A stretch of 64,000 bases of DNA from Macrostomum lignano (taxonomy: Eukaryota). Location: contig NIVC01000126.1 of assembly GCA_002269645.1 (NCBI GenBank), positions 496,001 to 560,000 of the forward strand. Direction: 5' to 3'. The notes beneath the pieces were generated by a model. The model saw nothing but the letters and a program-made list of their open reading frames with translations. It ran no database searches and was not told the DNA's origin. Made by a program: the position numbers and the translations under genes. Positions within the stretch are counted from its first letter, which is position 1. Each line of letters opens with the position of its first letter. Positions 24,499 through 42,747 of this stretch are shown here, in pieces.

Positions 24499-27400
24499 TC
24501 AAGCAGGAACCAGCCCGCTCCTACTCTCGTCCTCTCGACTGCGCTTCTTCGCCCTCTGGGACAAGCAGATTCTAAGAAACAGCGCCAGAAAGACCCCGGC
24601 CAGTCCCAAGCAGCCCCAGACGCCGCCAAACGGATGGCCGAATAGCAAACAGGACAGCAGAATGGCGAACGCTTGCCTAACCGTCATGATTACAGAGAAG
24701 GTCACTGGACCGAATCGTTCGATAGTATAAAATATTAGCAATTGACCGACGGCGGAGCACACCGAGAGCAGAGTCACGTGGCCAAGGAAGCGTGGATGCC
24801 TGGCGGCGAAGGCCAGCGCAGCCGGTAGAGTGCCCTGCTGCAACTGAGTTGTCACCTGAAAGTACGAAATGTACTAACAATAATTTACTTATAAGATGAC
24901 GAGGCATTTAAACTAACTAATTAGGGTATAGCTACTCCAGCCTTTTACCCAGAGAAAATCGCGTTTAATTATTAATCAGAGGGGTTGTGAACAAACAACT
25001 CAACAACGCGCACCGTGAAAGCAGCCGAAAGCAGAGAAGTGCCGGCCATGAGTTGCAGCGGAGTCAATCCGTGCCTAACAAATAATCTACTCTGCCAGGT
25101 GCTGGTAAACGAATCGAATAGCATGTAGCCAGCCAGGAGGGCGGAACCGCTTAAGCTGTCGCCACTGACGCTTTGGTGATGACGGACGCTGGACTTCGAA
25201 CTGGACGACAGTAGAAATATGCTAGTGCCTGAGAAATGTAGATTGACAGATAACATGTAAATCAGATGCAACCACAATATTATTGAAGTTTACTGTAGGG
25301 CGATTGCTTAAAAAGATAAAGTGGCGATTCTTAGAATGGCGAAGTCTAGGGCGATTCTTAGAATGGCGAAAGCTAGTGTGATTCTTAGAATTGTGAAAGT
25401 GGCGATTCTTAGAATTGGGAAAGGGCAATTCTTAGAATTGTGAAAGTGGCAATTCTTAAAATTTTGAAAGTGGGGATTCTTAAAATTGTGAAAGGGAAAT
25501 TCTTAGAATTGTGAAAGTGGCGATTCTTAGAATTGTGAAAGTGGCGATTCTTAGAATTGTGAAAGCTAGGGCGATTCTTAGAATGGTGAAAGCTAGGGCG
25601 ATTCTTAGAATTGTGAAAGTGGCGATTCTTAAAATTGTGAAAGTGGTGGCTCTTAGAACTGTGAAAGCTAGGACGATTGTTAGAATTGTGAAAGTGGTGA
25701 TTCTTAGAATGGTGAAAGCTAGGGCGATTCTTAGAATTGTGAAAGGGGTGATTCTTAGAATGGTGAAGGCTAGGGTAGTTCCTAATATGTTGAAATCTAG
25801 GGCGATTCTTAGAATTGTGAAAGGGGCGATTCCTAGAATTGTGAGAGGCGATCTTAGAATGGTGAAATATGATTATTCTTAAGAATGGTGAACGCGATGG
25901 CGATTCCTAGAATCTCGAGAGGCAATTCTTAAGAATATTGAAAGGGAGATTACTAAAACGATGAAGGGAGATTCTTAGAATAATCATCTTAGAATAGAGA
26001 CGATTCTTAATAAACCACTACAATTGCTTAATTTAGATTGTACAGGATTAGCTAGATCCGAAAAGCTCTTACTTGACAATAGTAAAAATAAAAATATTGA
26101 CTTATCCCTACCGGCACTGATAAGCACCGCCGTTCCGTATTCGTCCAGCCTGTAGGTCCTACGCGACACCAGCTTGCCCATTAGCATTACTGGCACAATT
26201 TTGCAAGCCTTGGCCAGCACCTGAGTTGGAAAGCTGACAAATAGCAAAGCTTCATATTGGCACCAGGCGCTTAGCACATTAGACAATGAGCAATAGGCAT
26301 AATCCAGCACTGAGGCTTCGGTTTCAACTGCAGACGTGCTGCTGTTGTCTCCTTGAGCAAGCCGACAAGCAACCAGTAGGCAGGTAGCAACGCAGCCAGC
26401 CAATAATCGATTAGTGAATACGAGAAACTGTGAATCGGTGAATTTTTCGCCAGCACCAGCTGTTCCATCGCCAGCATGATAAACCGTGGTCATTACCTGT
26501 TCCTGCAGCACCCCCCAAGTTAAATAGGCCGCTTGCAAGCCGAGAAAACAGCCGACTAAACGACAGATGTTAGATACCGAATTGGGAGAATTTTCCACTG
26601 CTGCAGATCCGGGTTGAACAGTCTGACAAAAATTATTTAATTTATTTAAATATTTCAACTAGTGTATTGGAAACTTATGTTTATTTATTTAACCTAAGTT
26701 ATGATCTGATCAAAACTGGTACCAAAATTCACTCTCATGAAGAATCTCCCCATCCTAAAACCCCCCTTCTCCATGCTACCTGGATTGGGGTTGAAGCTGC
26801 ATAAAAATGAAGCTTAAATTTGAAATGATCAAATCAAAACTGAAGCGACTATATATGAACCTAAACTGGAAGTAAATTGTTTGTACTTAAAGTATGAGGG
26901 TGTTGAAATCGAAGTAAAAAGCAAACAAAAGTTTCCAGACTGTGTTTACTGTGAACGACAGCAATGTCCAAATGTACAAATGAGCTGAAATTTGTGCCAA
27001 AACTTCTTGAACAGCTGTTCTGTTAAATGGTGAATGTATGCATGAGTTTTTATGTAACGATTTGAAAATATTGACCACAGAGAACTTGCTGATTGAATAT
27101 AAAAAAATAACAAAAAGTCGACCTAATTAAGTTTGGGTGAGACAGAGCAACTTGCACTTTTAAGCTGCTGATTTTTCAGTCACTCAAACGAAGCAATCCA
27201 TCAACAAAAAATCCTTTGGACTATGGGATTAAAAGGAGAGCCAATGGCACTTTATTCTGGCTTGCTTTGTTCAGCATGTCAAATTGCTTGCATTTTCACT
27301 TGTACCCCCATTTATGAGTAACAGCAGCTGTGCAAGATTTTAGGAAAAAAAATTTAGAGCTTTTTTGGAAAATTCATTTTGTTCATAGTAAACTTAGTCT

Positions 27401-28159
27401 GGAAACTTTCCCAACAACCCAACTGCAAGATGTTGGTTGGCATTTTATTTTATTTTTTATTTTTCCACTGATTCCAGCGGGTATCCAGGTTTTGAATTAA
27501 GCATCCTGACTGGATCAAGGATTCCAAATGCACTGCACCTAATGAAAATGTTACCTAGGCCATTAAGCATCCTATAGTCACATCACACTGCAATTTTAAG
27601 ATTTTGCAACTCAACTCAAGTGATGCACATGTGACTTAACAGATTCCTCTCTGTTACATTGCAGTATTTTGAATCATTAAAAATCACAAGAGTCACTAGA
27701 ATCACTAGTGAGGTATTTGCAATGACTCTTTAGTGATTCCAGTCATGATAACATTTTCAACAGGGCAAGACTGAAGCCTAAAAATTGTGGATCTAAGCTT
27801 GCAGTAAAGGTAGAGCAAGAATGGTGACCCCAGTGCTATGCAAATTAGCCTATACATAAGGATTTAAGATAACTAGTGCAGTCAATTAAAATTAAAACTA
27901 AATTATTAAAGATAAAAATTGCAGTTCAATTAAAACAAACCTTATTACTATTGCCATCATGCTGACTGTTGCAATATTGCTTCCAAAACTGAACAGCAAA
28001 ATAGATAGCAAGCAGAACAGTGGCATAACCAAACAGATTGGCAACAAGTTTGCCTAGCCACCACCAATGCCCAATATAGCTAGTATTAGCAATAGCAAAT
28101 GCTGTAGACTGATATTTTTTGTTTCTATCCATTGCTACTATTAATTGATAACCAGACAA
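24499..28159 (-). CDS. SLC35B2: adenosine 3'-phospho 5'-phosphosulfate (PAPS) transporter 1
   Basis: Exons 28159-27941 (ATG at 28132, or an upstream exon), 26622-26112, 25228-25014, 24855-24499, in phase. Motifs YLTWGVLQE, WCQYEALLFVSFPTQVLAKACK, FDSFTSTWQ, GQLLIFYTIERFGPVTF, match SLC35B2/Slalom. Confidence 0.93.
25310..25990. repeat. 24/27-bp minisatellite, SLC35B2 intron
   Basis: Units GTGGCGATTCTTAGAATTGTGAAA and GCTAGGGCGATTCTTAGAATGGTGAAA. Confidence 0.92.
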
Positions 28160-28957
28160 CTGGAAGAAACACAATGCTTACTACTGCTGCTACAAGTGTG
28201 GCCAAGGACAGGCAAACTTGGCCTAAGCAAAGTTTTCTATATAGTTTGCTATTGTGTCAAGTGCCTGGTTAGTGTTTAAAGCTTGCTATTTGCTATTAAG
28301 CCTGTTAGCAAAAGTATCTGACTTTTGCAAGTTGTTTATTTGTAATTATAGGTTGCTGAAATTAAAAAGATAGAATTTAAAAGTTAAAAGAGCTACTTAA
28401 TTTAATAGTTTAACTTAAGGTCAAATTATTTTTTTACATTTTTATAGGTTTAAACTTAGTTATTTAATAATATATAGATATATCAATAAATAATTAAGCA
28501 AATCTTAATTTTTTTGTAAGTTAAAACCAATATTTTTTTTATAGATACCTATCTAATCTATTGCATTTTTGCAACAAATGGTATCATAAAATGTCAAGAC
28601 TCAAGGTCAAGGGCTTGCTAAGATGTCAAAGGTCAATTAGAAGTTGTAGGTAAACCAAGTATCAAATGAAGAGTAAGTTAGAGGGTTAATCTATGACTTA
28701 AAGTTAAAGAAGCTTTGATATAATAAGCGCAAAGGGGATGCTAATAATATTAGGCTGTCCAATGAGCTTTACAAAAGTTGGGCTAACCCAAAAATTTTTT
28801 TTTGAAAATAGGACCAATACTTCTCATAGTATAAATATAAACTCTTCTAAAACTAATTTTTGAAGAAAATTATAAATACACACTAGAAAATAGACAAATT
28901 ATCTTTAAATAGAGATTCTGGTAAAACAGCATGCTTGATAACGTATCCCCACTACCC

Positions 28958-28961
<4 letters not shown>

Positions 28962-29027
<66 letters not shown>
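28962..29027. repeat. (CT)n microsatellite
   Basis: Pure CT run. Confidence 0.98.
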
Positions 29028-29033
<6 letters not shown>

Positions 29034-30098
29034 GTTTTGATCTGTTGACTCCCCCCGTGTTTTGTTATTACAATTTTGTGTATCACTGACTATCTGCCAC
29101 TGAAATGTATTTATACTCTATGTTTTGACTTAAATTAAATAAATTCCAATCTGCCCGATGATGCCTAAAGTTAGGTGAAACATGTCGTTCTAATGAAAAT
29201 GCTCATAATCTCCTTTCTTTTAAATAGAGATATATCCCTAATGGTACAATATATACAAAGTTGACCATTTTTATGATTTTCAATTTTTATACATTTTTTT
29301 ACCAAAAAAATAGGTTTACAAAAATTAAAAATATTATAGGAAAATACTAAATTTCTATAATTTTCCATTTTTATACATTTTTTACCAAAAAATAGGTTGA
29401 CAAAAATTTAAAAAAAAAAAAATACTAAATTTTATAAGAAAGTCTAAACAAAAACTAGCCTATAGTTATTGAAATATGCAATAAAAATGACATTTTAAAA
29501 ACTTTTGTCCTAACATGAGCTATTCCAAATTCCTTCTTGCATTAAACTTCAAATAAAAATGTAATATATAAGAAACTTATTGTTTCAGTTTTGGCAAATA
29601 TTTTGACATTGTTTTTAGTTACACACTGACTAAGCAAATAGTATACAAAAAACCATTTGTAGATATGTGCCATAAAAAGATATTTCAGTTTAAATTTTCT
29701 ACCAAAATACATGTAATACTCGTATACTATTGAAAGATGAAAATATGATTTATGTTTGACAAAGTCTGTTCAGTTACTTCAGTAGACATATTTATTAATG
29801 ATTCTAAAGCATTTTTATGGCAAAAATGATGAGCACAGTAACAATAGCACATTGTGCACCAACTTTTTGTAATGATGGGTTTTTATATATTTTTATATAT
29901 TTTAGTGGCAATATGCATAATTACTACCTATATAACTACTTATACTATAAACTAAAAATCCTAAGTATTTAACATTGAATTGCATTTCAAACAAACTACT
30001 ATGGTATCATTTTTTACATTTTTATTGTTTTGCAGTAATAGGTAAAAGTATTTACTAGTAAAAGTAAATAAGTGTAAATAAGTAGGTAAAAGTATCTA

Positions 30099-31455
30099 CT
30101 TCGGCTGTCCGGAAAGTCGTGAGAATGTGTCAATTAAGCAAGAAAGCAGCAAGCTGTTGATGTGGCACACATAAAATTTCAATAATAGACTCATAGATGT
30201 CTATGGTGAAAATTCTTGTTATTCTAGTAGCAAAATTGGGGGCAGGGGCAAGCTCAGTATAAAGTGCTCAATAGCAAATGCAACGCGATGATCAAGCTTG
30301 AAAATTTTGACAGCGAGTTCTTCAAAATGGAAGACTTCCAGGGTTATGCCTATGCTAGATACCGTCTTGGAATCTCCGCTCTCAGCTGCCATGACGAGCT
30401 GCTTAAAGTTTATAGAGATGCTGCACCAGGTCAGTCAACGGTTTACAGATGGTATTCAAAGTTCCGTGACGAAGCATTTCCCCCGGTCTCAGCTCCTCGG
30501 ACTGGCCGGCCACGGTCAACAAGGATAGCGGAACTGATCGAAACCTGCCGAGCTCTTGTTGAAGAGGATCCAAAAGTTAGTGTCCGAGACCTCGCTGACT
30601 TTTTGGAAGTTGGAAAAACAACAGTGCACGAAATTTTTACTGAGGATTTGCACCTTCGAAAAGTTTCTGCTGTCTGGGTTCCGCATGCTCTATCCGAGGA
30701 GAACAAGACTGCTCGCATCAATTGTGCCAAGCAAATTCGCAGGCTTTTACAACGAGGGCATGGAAAACTTTTGCGACAAGTACGTGGTAGAGGATGAGAC
30801 GTGGGTGTACCTGAAAAACACTGGCACAAAGCAAAACAACAGGTGCTGGCTTGGCCAAGGCCAAGGGGATCATCGGCCCCAGGTTGTCAGGCACTCAGTC
30901 GGGAATGCAAAGACAATGCTTCTAGTTGCTTTCACTCCAAGCAAGCGCTTCTCCATTGAATCCACAGCCCCAAAGCAAACTGTTGATGCAGATGGCATAG
31001 TTGAGTTCATTCGGCACACCGGAGACCTATGGCGTACTCTGAGGTCAAAGCCAATTCACCTGTCGGATGTTCTTTGGCAGTGGGACAATGCGCGACCTCA
31101 AGTAGCCCGTTCTGTGCAGCAGTACATGGAGTCCCGTGGAGTTCAGCTGGTGTTTCAGAGTCCTTACAGCCCAGACTTCAATCTGTGCAACCGTTTTTTT
31201 GTTCAGTTGGATGAAGACTGATCTCTCCAGGCGAGTGTTCAGCGACCACAATGAAGTTCGAGAAGCTGCATTGCAATGGGCAAGAGGCCTTGACGAAGAT
31301 TGCTTGAAAAGAGAGGTTCAGCGACTCGTTGACCATTTCCAAGCTGTAATCAATGCAAGGGGAGATTACATTACCAACTAGTGCTGTTATCGTGTTTTCT
31401 GATAGTTCTGACTGATTTTTTAAATACATTCTCATGACTTTCCGGACAGCCGGAG
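30099..31455 (+). mobile_element. mariner (DD34D-type) transposon, full length but defective
   Basis: 32-bp TIRs CTTCGGCTGTCCGGAAAGTCGTGAGAATGTGT (3 mismatches), TA TSD. Transposase from ATG 30327 to 31381 in three frames: HTH, WVPHAL, EDETW, WDNARP, SPYSPDFNLCN (third catalytic D appears as N), terminal RGDY. Confidence 0.95.
30327..31381 (+). pseudogene. mariner transposase with two frameshifts
   Basis: Frame changes near 30740 (RINCAKQIRRL to FYNEGMENF) and at the T-run near 31195 (CNRFF to LFSWMK). Confidence 0.9.
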
Positions 31456-31895
31456 TAGATAGCTTGTCAAAGTTTGCTTGCATAAACTTTGCTTGCCAAA
31501 ATTTGCGTGCAGAAAATTTGCTTGCCAAGGTTTCCTAAGCAAAGTTTTCTTAAGGAACCTTAAAGAACCTATTTTTGAGCTCTTGTATTTCTAATTTTCA
31601 TTTTCTAAGATTCATAGAAGTTGCCTAGAATGTTATGATTTTAGCCCTAATGCAGAAACTTTTGAAAATCCATGGAACTTTCGGTTCTATTTAACTTTTG
31701 TACCTGGCATTCCTTTGGTTTATGATCATTTTTCCACCCACATTTCAGTTCACAATCCCCAAGTAATTTTTCATATAAATGATCATAGCTTGCTTAAAAT
31801 AAATAAAAATTGTTAACTGAGCTTATTCGCTACATTAGAAAAAACTGAATGGAATAGCTGACAAATGGTTTCTTTCATGGCATGGTGATGACGAG

Positions 31896-33243
31896 GATCC
31901 TATATATCCACTTCAGTTTATGATCATTTAAATGGAAGCAATACATGTAAATGATCTTGAACCGAAGCTAGCGTGTGTGTAAGGGCATTAGTGCATGAAT
32001 TCAATTTCCAAAAATGAATCCAAGAAGACGATCCTATATATCCACTTCTGTTTACAATCATTTAAATGGAAGAGATACATGTAAATTATTGTGAACCAAA
32101 GCTAGCGTATGTGTGTAATGGGGTTTTGGTGTTTTACAAGCTCTATCTAAAATTGATCACTATCTCAATACATGGCTAGCTTTGGTTAACGATCATTTAC
32201 ATATATTTCTTCCATTTAAATGATTGTATACCGAAGCTGAGGGGGGGTGTTGAAGACATATGTAGTCACATATATTTATTTGTTCAACTGGGACTTGTTG
32301 GCGATTGAAATGTCAGCTTAAGTTAATGTTCATTCCCAAGTAACTTGATGCTTTATTATTCTCTGCATGCTGCCACCCTCCTTAGCTTTGGTTTACAATC
32401 ATTTTGATATAAGCAATACATGTAAATGATCGTGAACCAAAGCTAGCCATGTATTGACTTACTTTGACTTAGCTACAGGGGGCGTCCGGCGAATGCAGCG
32501 AGGAGGCGGAGGAGACTGCCCATTCCGCTAGCCCCTGGCAACCAACGACTTCCGTTGAAGTGGTGTCGCTCAGGGAGACCCATCGGTCTCGCCTGCAGTG
32601 CGGTCCTCCTCACCGACGGTGGGGAAGAAATCAGCTCGTCTGGTGTCCCTGAGGTACCAGGCGAGTAGCGGGATGCTCTGGGGCCTGCAAACGTTGGAGA
32701 GAACCGGGTTTGGCCCGAGGTGAGTAAGCCTGGCCCTGGTGAAAACCAGGTAGTGGCAGATAAAATGCTCAGCATTTTCACTGCCTGAGTGGCAGAAGGG
32801 GCACCGCTCCTCGGGTACTTGGCCCTGAAGGAAACGGTGGCAAGAGAAGCAGTCATGCCTGGAGAGGGCCATGCTAACTGCTCTGAGGTCTCTGCAGTTG
32901 AGCCTGAGGAGGGCTCTACGCAGGAGAGGAGAGGGGCAGGGGACAGCAGCACGGGATTGCCTACATGTATTGCGATAGTGATTGATTTCAGATAGAGCTT
33001 GTAAAATACCAAAACCCCATTATATACATATGCTAGCTTTGGTTCATGATCATTTACATGTATCTCTTCCATTTAAATTATTGTAAACCAAAGTGGATAT
33101 ATAGGATTGTCTTCTTGGATTCATTTTTGGAAATTGAATTTATGTACTAATGCTCTTACACATATACTAGCTTCGGTTCACGATCATCCACATATATTAC
33201 TTCCGTTCAAACTACCGCAAACCAAAGTGGATATATAGGATCA
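31896..33243. mobile_element. foldback-type inverted-repeat element with ~340-bp arms
   Basis: Left arm 31896-32236 is inverted in 32386-33243 once the LINE at 32457-32963 is removed. Each arm has an internal ~135-bp duplication (GATCCTATATATCCACTT twice). Confidence 0.7.
32457..32963 (-). mobile_element. 5'-truncated non-LTR retrotransposon (LINE) 3' fragment
   Basis: Minus-strand ORF with C-terminal Cys/His motif [17 protein letters not shown]; short AAGTC(A)-type tail; 9-bp TSD CATGTATTG at 32448-32456 and 32964-32972. Confidence 0.8.
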
Positions 33244-33512
33244 TCTTTGGATTCTTGGAACTGTGAAATGGATCACTAAAACCCCTTTACCTTCTTTTTT
33301 CATTTGAACATGCAGCTAGTGTTTTGATAGATAAATAAAAAGAATTAGAGTGCTTGTCTACTGTTTTTTTGCATTTTGATGAAATAAACAACAATTTTGT
33401 ATCTTTCCTATCTCTCCAATGGGGATCGTCACTAATTTCAATGATTGTAAACCAAAGGAATGCCTTGTACCTCCGTGATAAGTAGGGGCCTATACAACAC
33501 TAGGCCCTAGTA

Positions 33513-33576
33513 CTAGCGGAATGGGCATTCGTGCCTTCCTGCTGTGTCCCCCCGGGACAGCCTTGCAGCTAAGTCA
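33513..33576 (+). mobile_element. very short 3' end of a related LINE/SINE
   Basis: CTAGCGGAATGGGCA...TGCAGCTAAGTCAA matches the 3' terminus of the LINE at 32457-32535. Confidence 0.55.
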
Positions 33577-34004
33577 ACACTTGTACTTGTGCAAATCCAC
33601 TAGTACTAGTGTGTTTGCATTTTTATATACTTATTATTATTAGTATAATGGATTATTATACATTAGCATCACTACAATTATCAAACCTTCTCAATCATTC
33701 ATACTAAAATCAGGAACTACAAAGATTTATACTGTTAACAATCCTTATTTACCTATACTAAATCTTTAATCATTCTATAGCCGTATAGGCCCTATACTAA
33801 ATTCTTAGAATGAAACTATAAGCCTAGTTTGAAAGGTTGTCAAGTGTCAAGTCAGTTTACATTGAAACTGATAAGAATCCACTTGCAAAGCATCTGTAGA
33901 CTGTAGTCTACAGATGTAGACTGACCAATTTCACAAGCAATCAAAACAATAATTTGGCAAGTTAAAACCTTGCAATTGCAATACTGCTCAGGCCATAATA
34001 CATT

Positions 34005-34135
34005 AGACACTACCAGAATAATACATTTAGACAATACCAGAATAATACATTTAGACAATACCAGAATAATACATTAGACGCTACACCAGAATAATACATT
34101 AGACGCTACCAGAATAATACATTAGACGTTACCAG
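34005..34135. repeat. short ~24-bp tandem repeat
   Basis: CATTAGACACTACCAGAATAATA-like unit, about 5 copies. Confidence 0.8.
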
Positions 34136-35168
34136 ACAATAAGACTACTCAGAAATATAATAAATGATATTATAAGAAATAGCTAGAAACTTATTAAGAC
34201 ATATAAGCATCCCCTGCGACAACTTTGGTGGCATAAAACAAATTAGAATACTAAAACAACGAGACACATTTTTTACGTTTTGGCAGACGGTGCACCGTTA
34301 CCGTACGAAACGAATAGTCGTCGTGTCGTCGTGGAAAAGTTGTCTTTCGAAGAAAAATGAAAATTCATAAACTGTGTGTGCTTTAACAAATTTATACTAT
34401 AAGAAAGTTGAATACGTCTGGAATTTTTGTGTAAATACATGTTATGCTTCTTTTATATGCCTTTCAATTACAGATTAATTTAAATTTACAGAATAATTGA
34501 TTTGCTAATAACACCAAACAAACTTTTAAGCTAGGATTTATGGACTTATTTTCTTAACTTCATTCACTTCACGAAATCAGTTAATTGTCTTGGCAAAAAT
34601 TAGGTTTAAATTGTTAAATAGGTTGTTTTTAAATTATCAGCATCGAATAATCTCTGGACCTAACTGAATTATTTTAGCATTAGAGCCATAATTTACTCTG
34701 AATTTTTCTAGAAAAAAATGATTAAAAGTTATGAGTATCTAATTTTTGCTCTATTTTAGCAAATGAATGAATTTCTTATCTTTTATCCCTTTGTTTAAAG
34801 TATTATTAGTGTAGTTTCAGAGCATCTTTTGACGCTAAAATTATGTTGTGAGCTGATCATATTTAATTTTACAATATGCATTCAACTATCTACTGTTTTG
34901 AATCATATTGTGTATGCATACAACATACAAACTTACTGAACTTTTATTTCTGGCAAGCACAAATGGGGGGTGTAACAATGACAGAAAGTTTTCGAGTGCT
35001 ATTCTTTGATATCAGATCCAAAGTTATTATTCTATATTTATGACTTATTAATTGGTATTTAAAGTTTTTCGTTACCCATTTCAGTCGTAAATAAGCTGTA
35101 TTGGCAAAGAAAATATCAGAATTTGAGCGCGCTGTTTAGCGGGCTATTCGAGTTTTTGTAGCTGAGCC

Positions 35169-41079
<5,911 letters not shown>

Positions 41080-41269
41080 GTGAGTGTCCAATTATTCAAG
41101 GACGCTTACGAATTTTATCGTCAATTGTCTGGATTGGAAGTCCGATTCCGTTTTTTGACGGGTTAATTTAAGCCACAATAGTCTTTAGTGCAAATCAGAT
41201 CTGCTTAAGACTTAACTGAAGTATCAAGAAGGGCATGACTCTACCTGCTGAAGTATCATGTGTAGGATA

Positions 41270-41460
41270 AACACCCTATTACCTGGGATAAACTATTACC
41301 CCAGTCAATGCTGGTACCCATTTTACAGCTGGGTGAACTCAAGAAACCCAGAGTTAAGTGTTTGCTCAAGGACACAAATTGTTCCAGTGGTTTCGGGAAT
41401 CGAACCTCCAACCTTGAAGTCGTGAGTCCGATGCTCTAAACATTTAGGCTAAAACCCCTA
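41270..41460 (-). mobile_element. tRNA-derived SINE
   Basis: Minus strand: A-box-like TAGCCTAAATGTTTAG, B-box GGTTCGATTCCC, then GTGTCCTTGAGCAAACACTTAAC and CACCCAGCTGTAAAATGGGTACC, motifs typical of the body of metazoan tRNA-derived SINEs. Confidence 0.8.
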
Positions 41461-42747
41461 TAAAGTATCACGGAGGGTGGCACATTTGCATGTACAAATG
41501 TGCAAAAAACCCGCTATTTGAATTTCAGAGTGGCGACTCTGTATCAAAGTTGACCTTCCTCACTCTGCTGCCATTTCTATTGGACACACTCAACAGAATC
41601 AAAGCCTGAACTTTTATTGTGATGTGTGGTTAATTACTACTTACATTAAACTCTTTCAACGAGTAGCATGCTGTGAATATATAAAATATTTTTGTTTTTG
41701 TTTTCAGAACAAAATTTTTTGTTACTTCGTTTTGCTTAAAACCGTAAATTAATTACGGTGAAAAAAGCGAACTTTTAAAAAAACAGCAACCATTTAACCA
41801 AGCAAAATTGAAATCATATTTTTGTTAATCTGATTGCCTTTAGCTGAAACTAGATTACTTGACTCAATCACCTTCAGTGTCTTACTTATTAGCTATTGTT
41901 TCAGATATTAGGAAATTCTTAAGATACTTTTTAACCTCGCTCCAGCGCCTTTGTCTTCTTCGTGCGAATTTTTTGTTGACAGTAAATTTGGTTTTATTTT
42001 AACAGTTGAATCAAAATATATTGCTATTTTTTGTCAAATGTTTCTGATTCTGCTTTGCCGTGCGTTTTAAAAAAATTGACATGTACTTTTCGATGTTTTT
42101 GTTATTTTTTTAAGTGTTTAAAAGTCATAGTTATTTTTATATGCGCACTTGGCGGCATAGTACAGCATGTACTTTCAGTTTATATTTTGAAGACACATAT
42201 ATCGCTACTATATAGTGAAATAAAACAAATTAAATAGAAATTATTCAGCATAAGAAGCAGATAATTAACTTAGATAATTTAATTGAAAATCAATTTTTTG
42301 CTTTCCCTAATATTAGATAAACAAATAAAGATTTATGAGAGATTAATAAACATAAGCCGAAAGATCCAAAGAAATAAAACAGGAATGTTAAGATTTTATC
42401 GAAAGTAATTCAGTTTGTAATAACTACACTGAATGTGGAAACACTATCTAATTCTAAGGACATGTAAATGTAGTTTCTTTAATAAAACCTAATGCAACTG
42501 GCGTTAGCGGCCTTTGTTGTCATTATAGAAAGCGACAAATTTTATAAAAATAAAATTCACTTCAATTTTTTCACCGATACCATACTGTACAACTTAAATT
42601 TCAGTGACGGAGAATCTTAAATAAGCGTTATAGATCTTGCCCCTAACATCCCAAAATATTTTAGAAAACTTGGTCTCGATGCATATTCGCACTTCAAAAA
42701 AACGACTTCAATAAATAACCAAGCAAAAAAGTACATTCTGTTCTTCT

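Noticed and set aside
41390-41460. tRNA gene
   Set aside because: A/B boxes are present but run into a SINE body without a convincing cloverleaf; treated as a SINE head.
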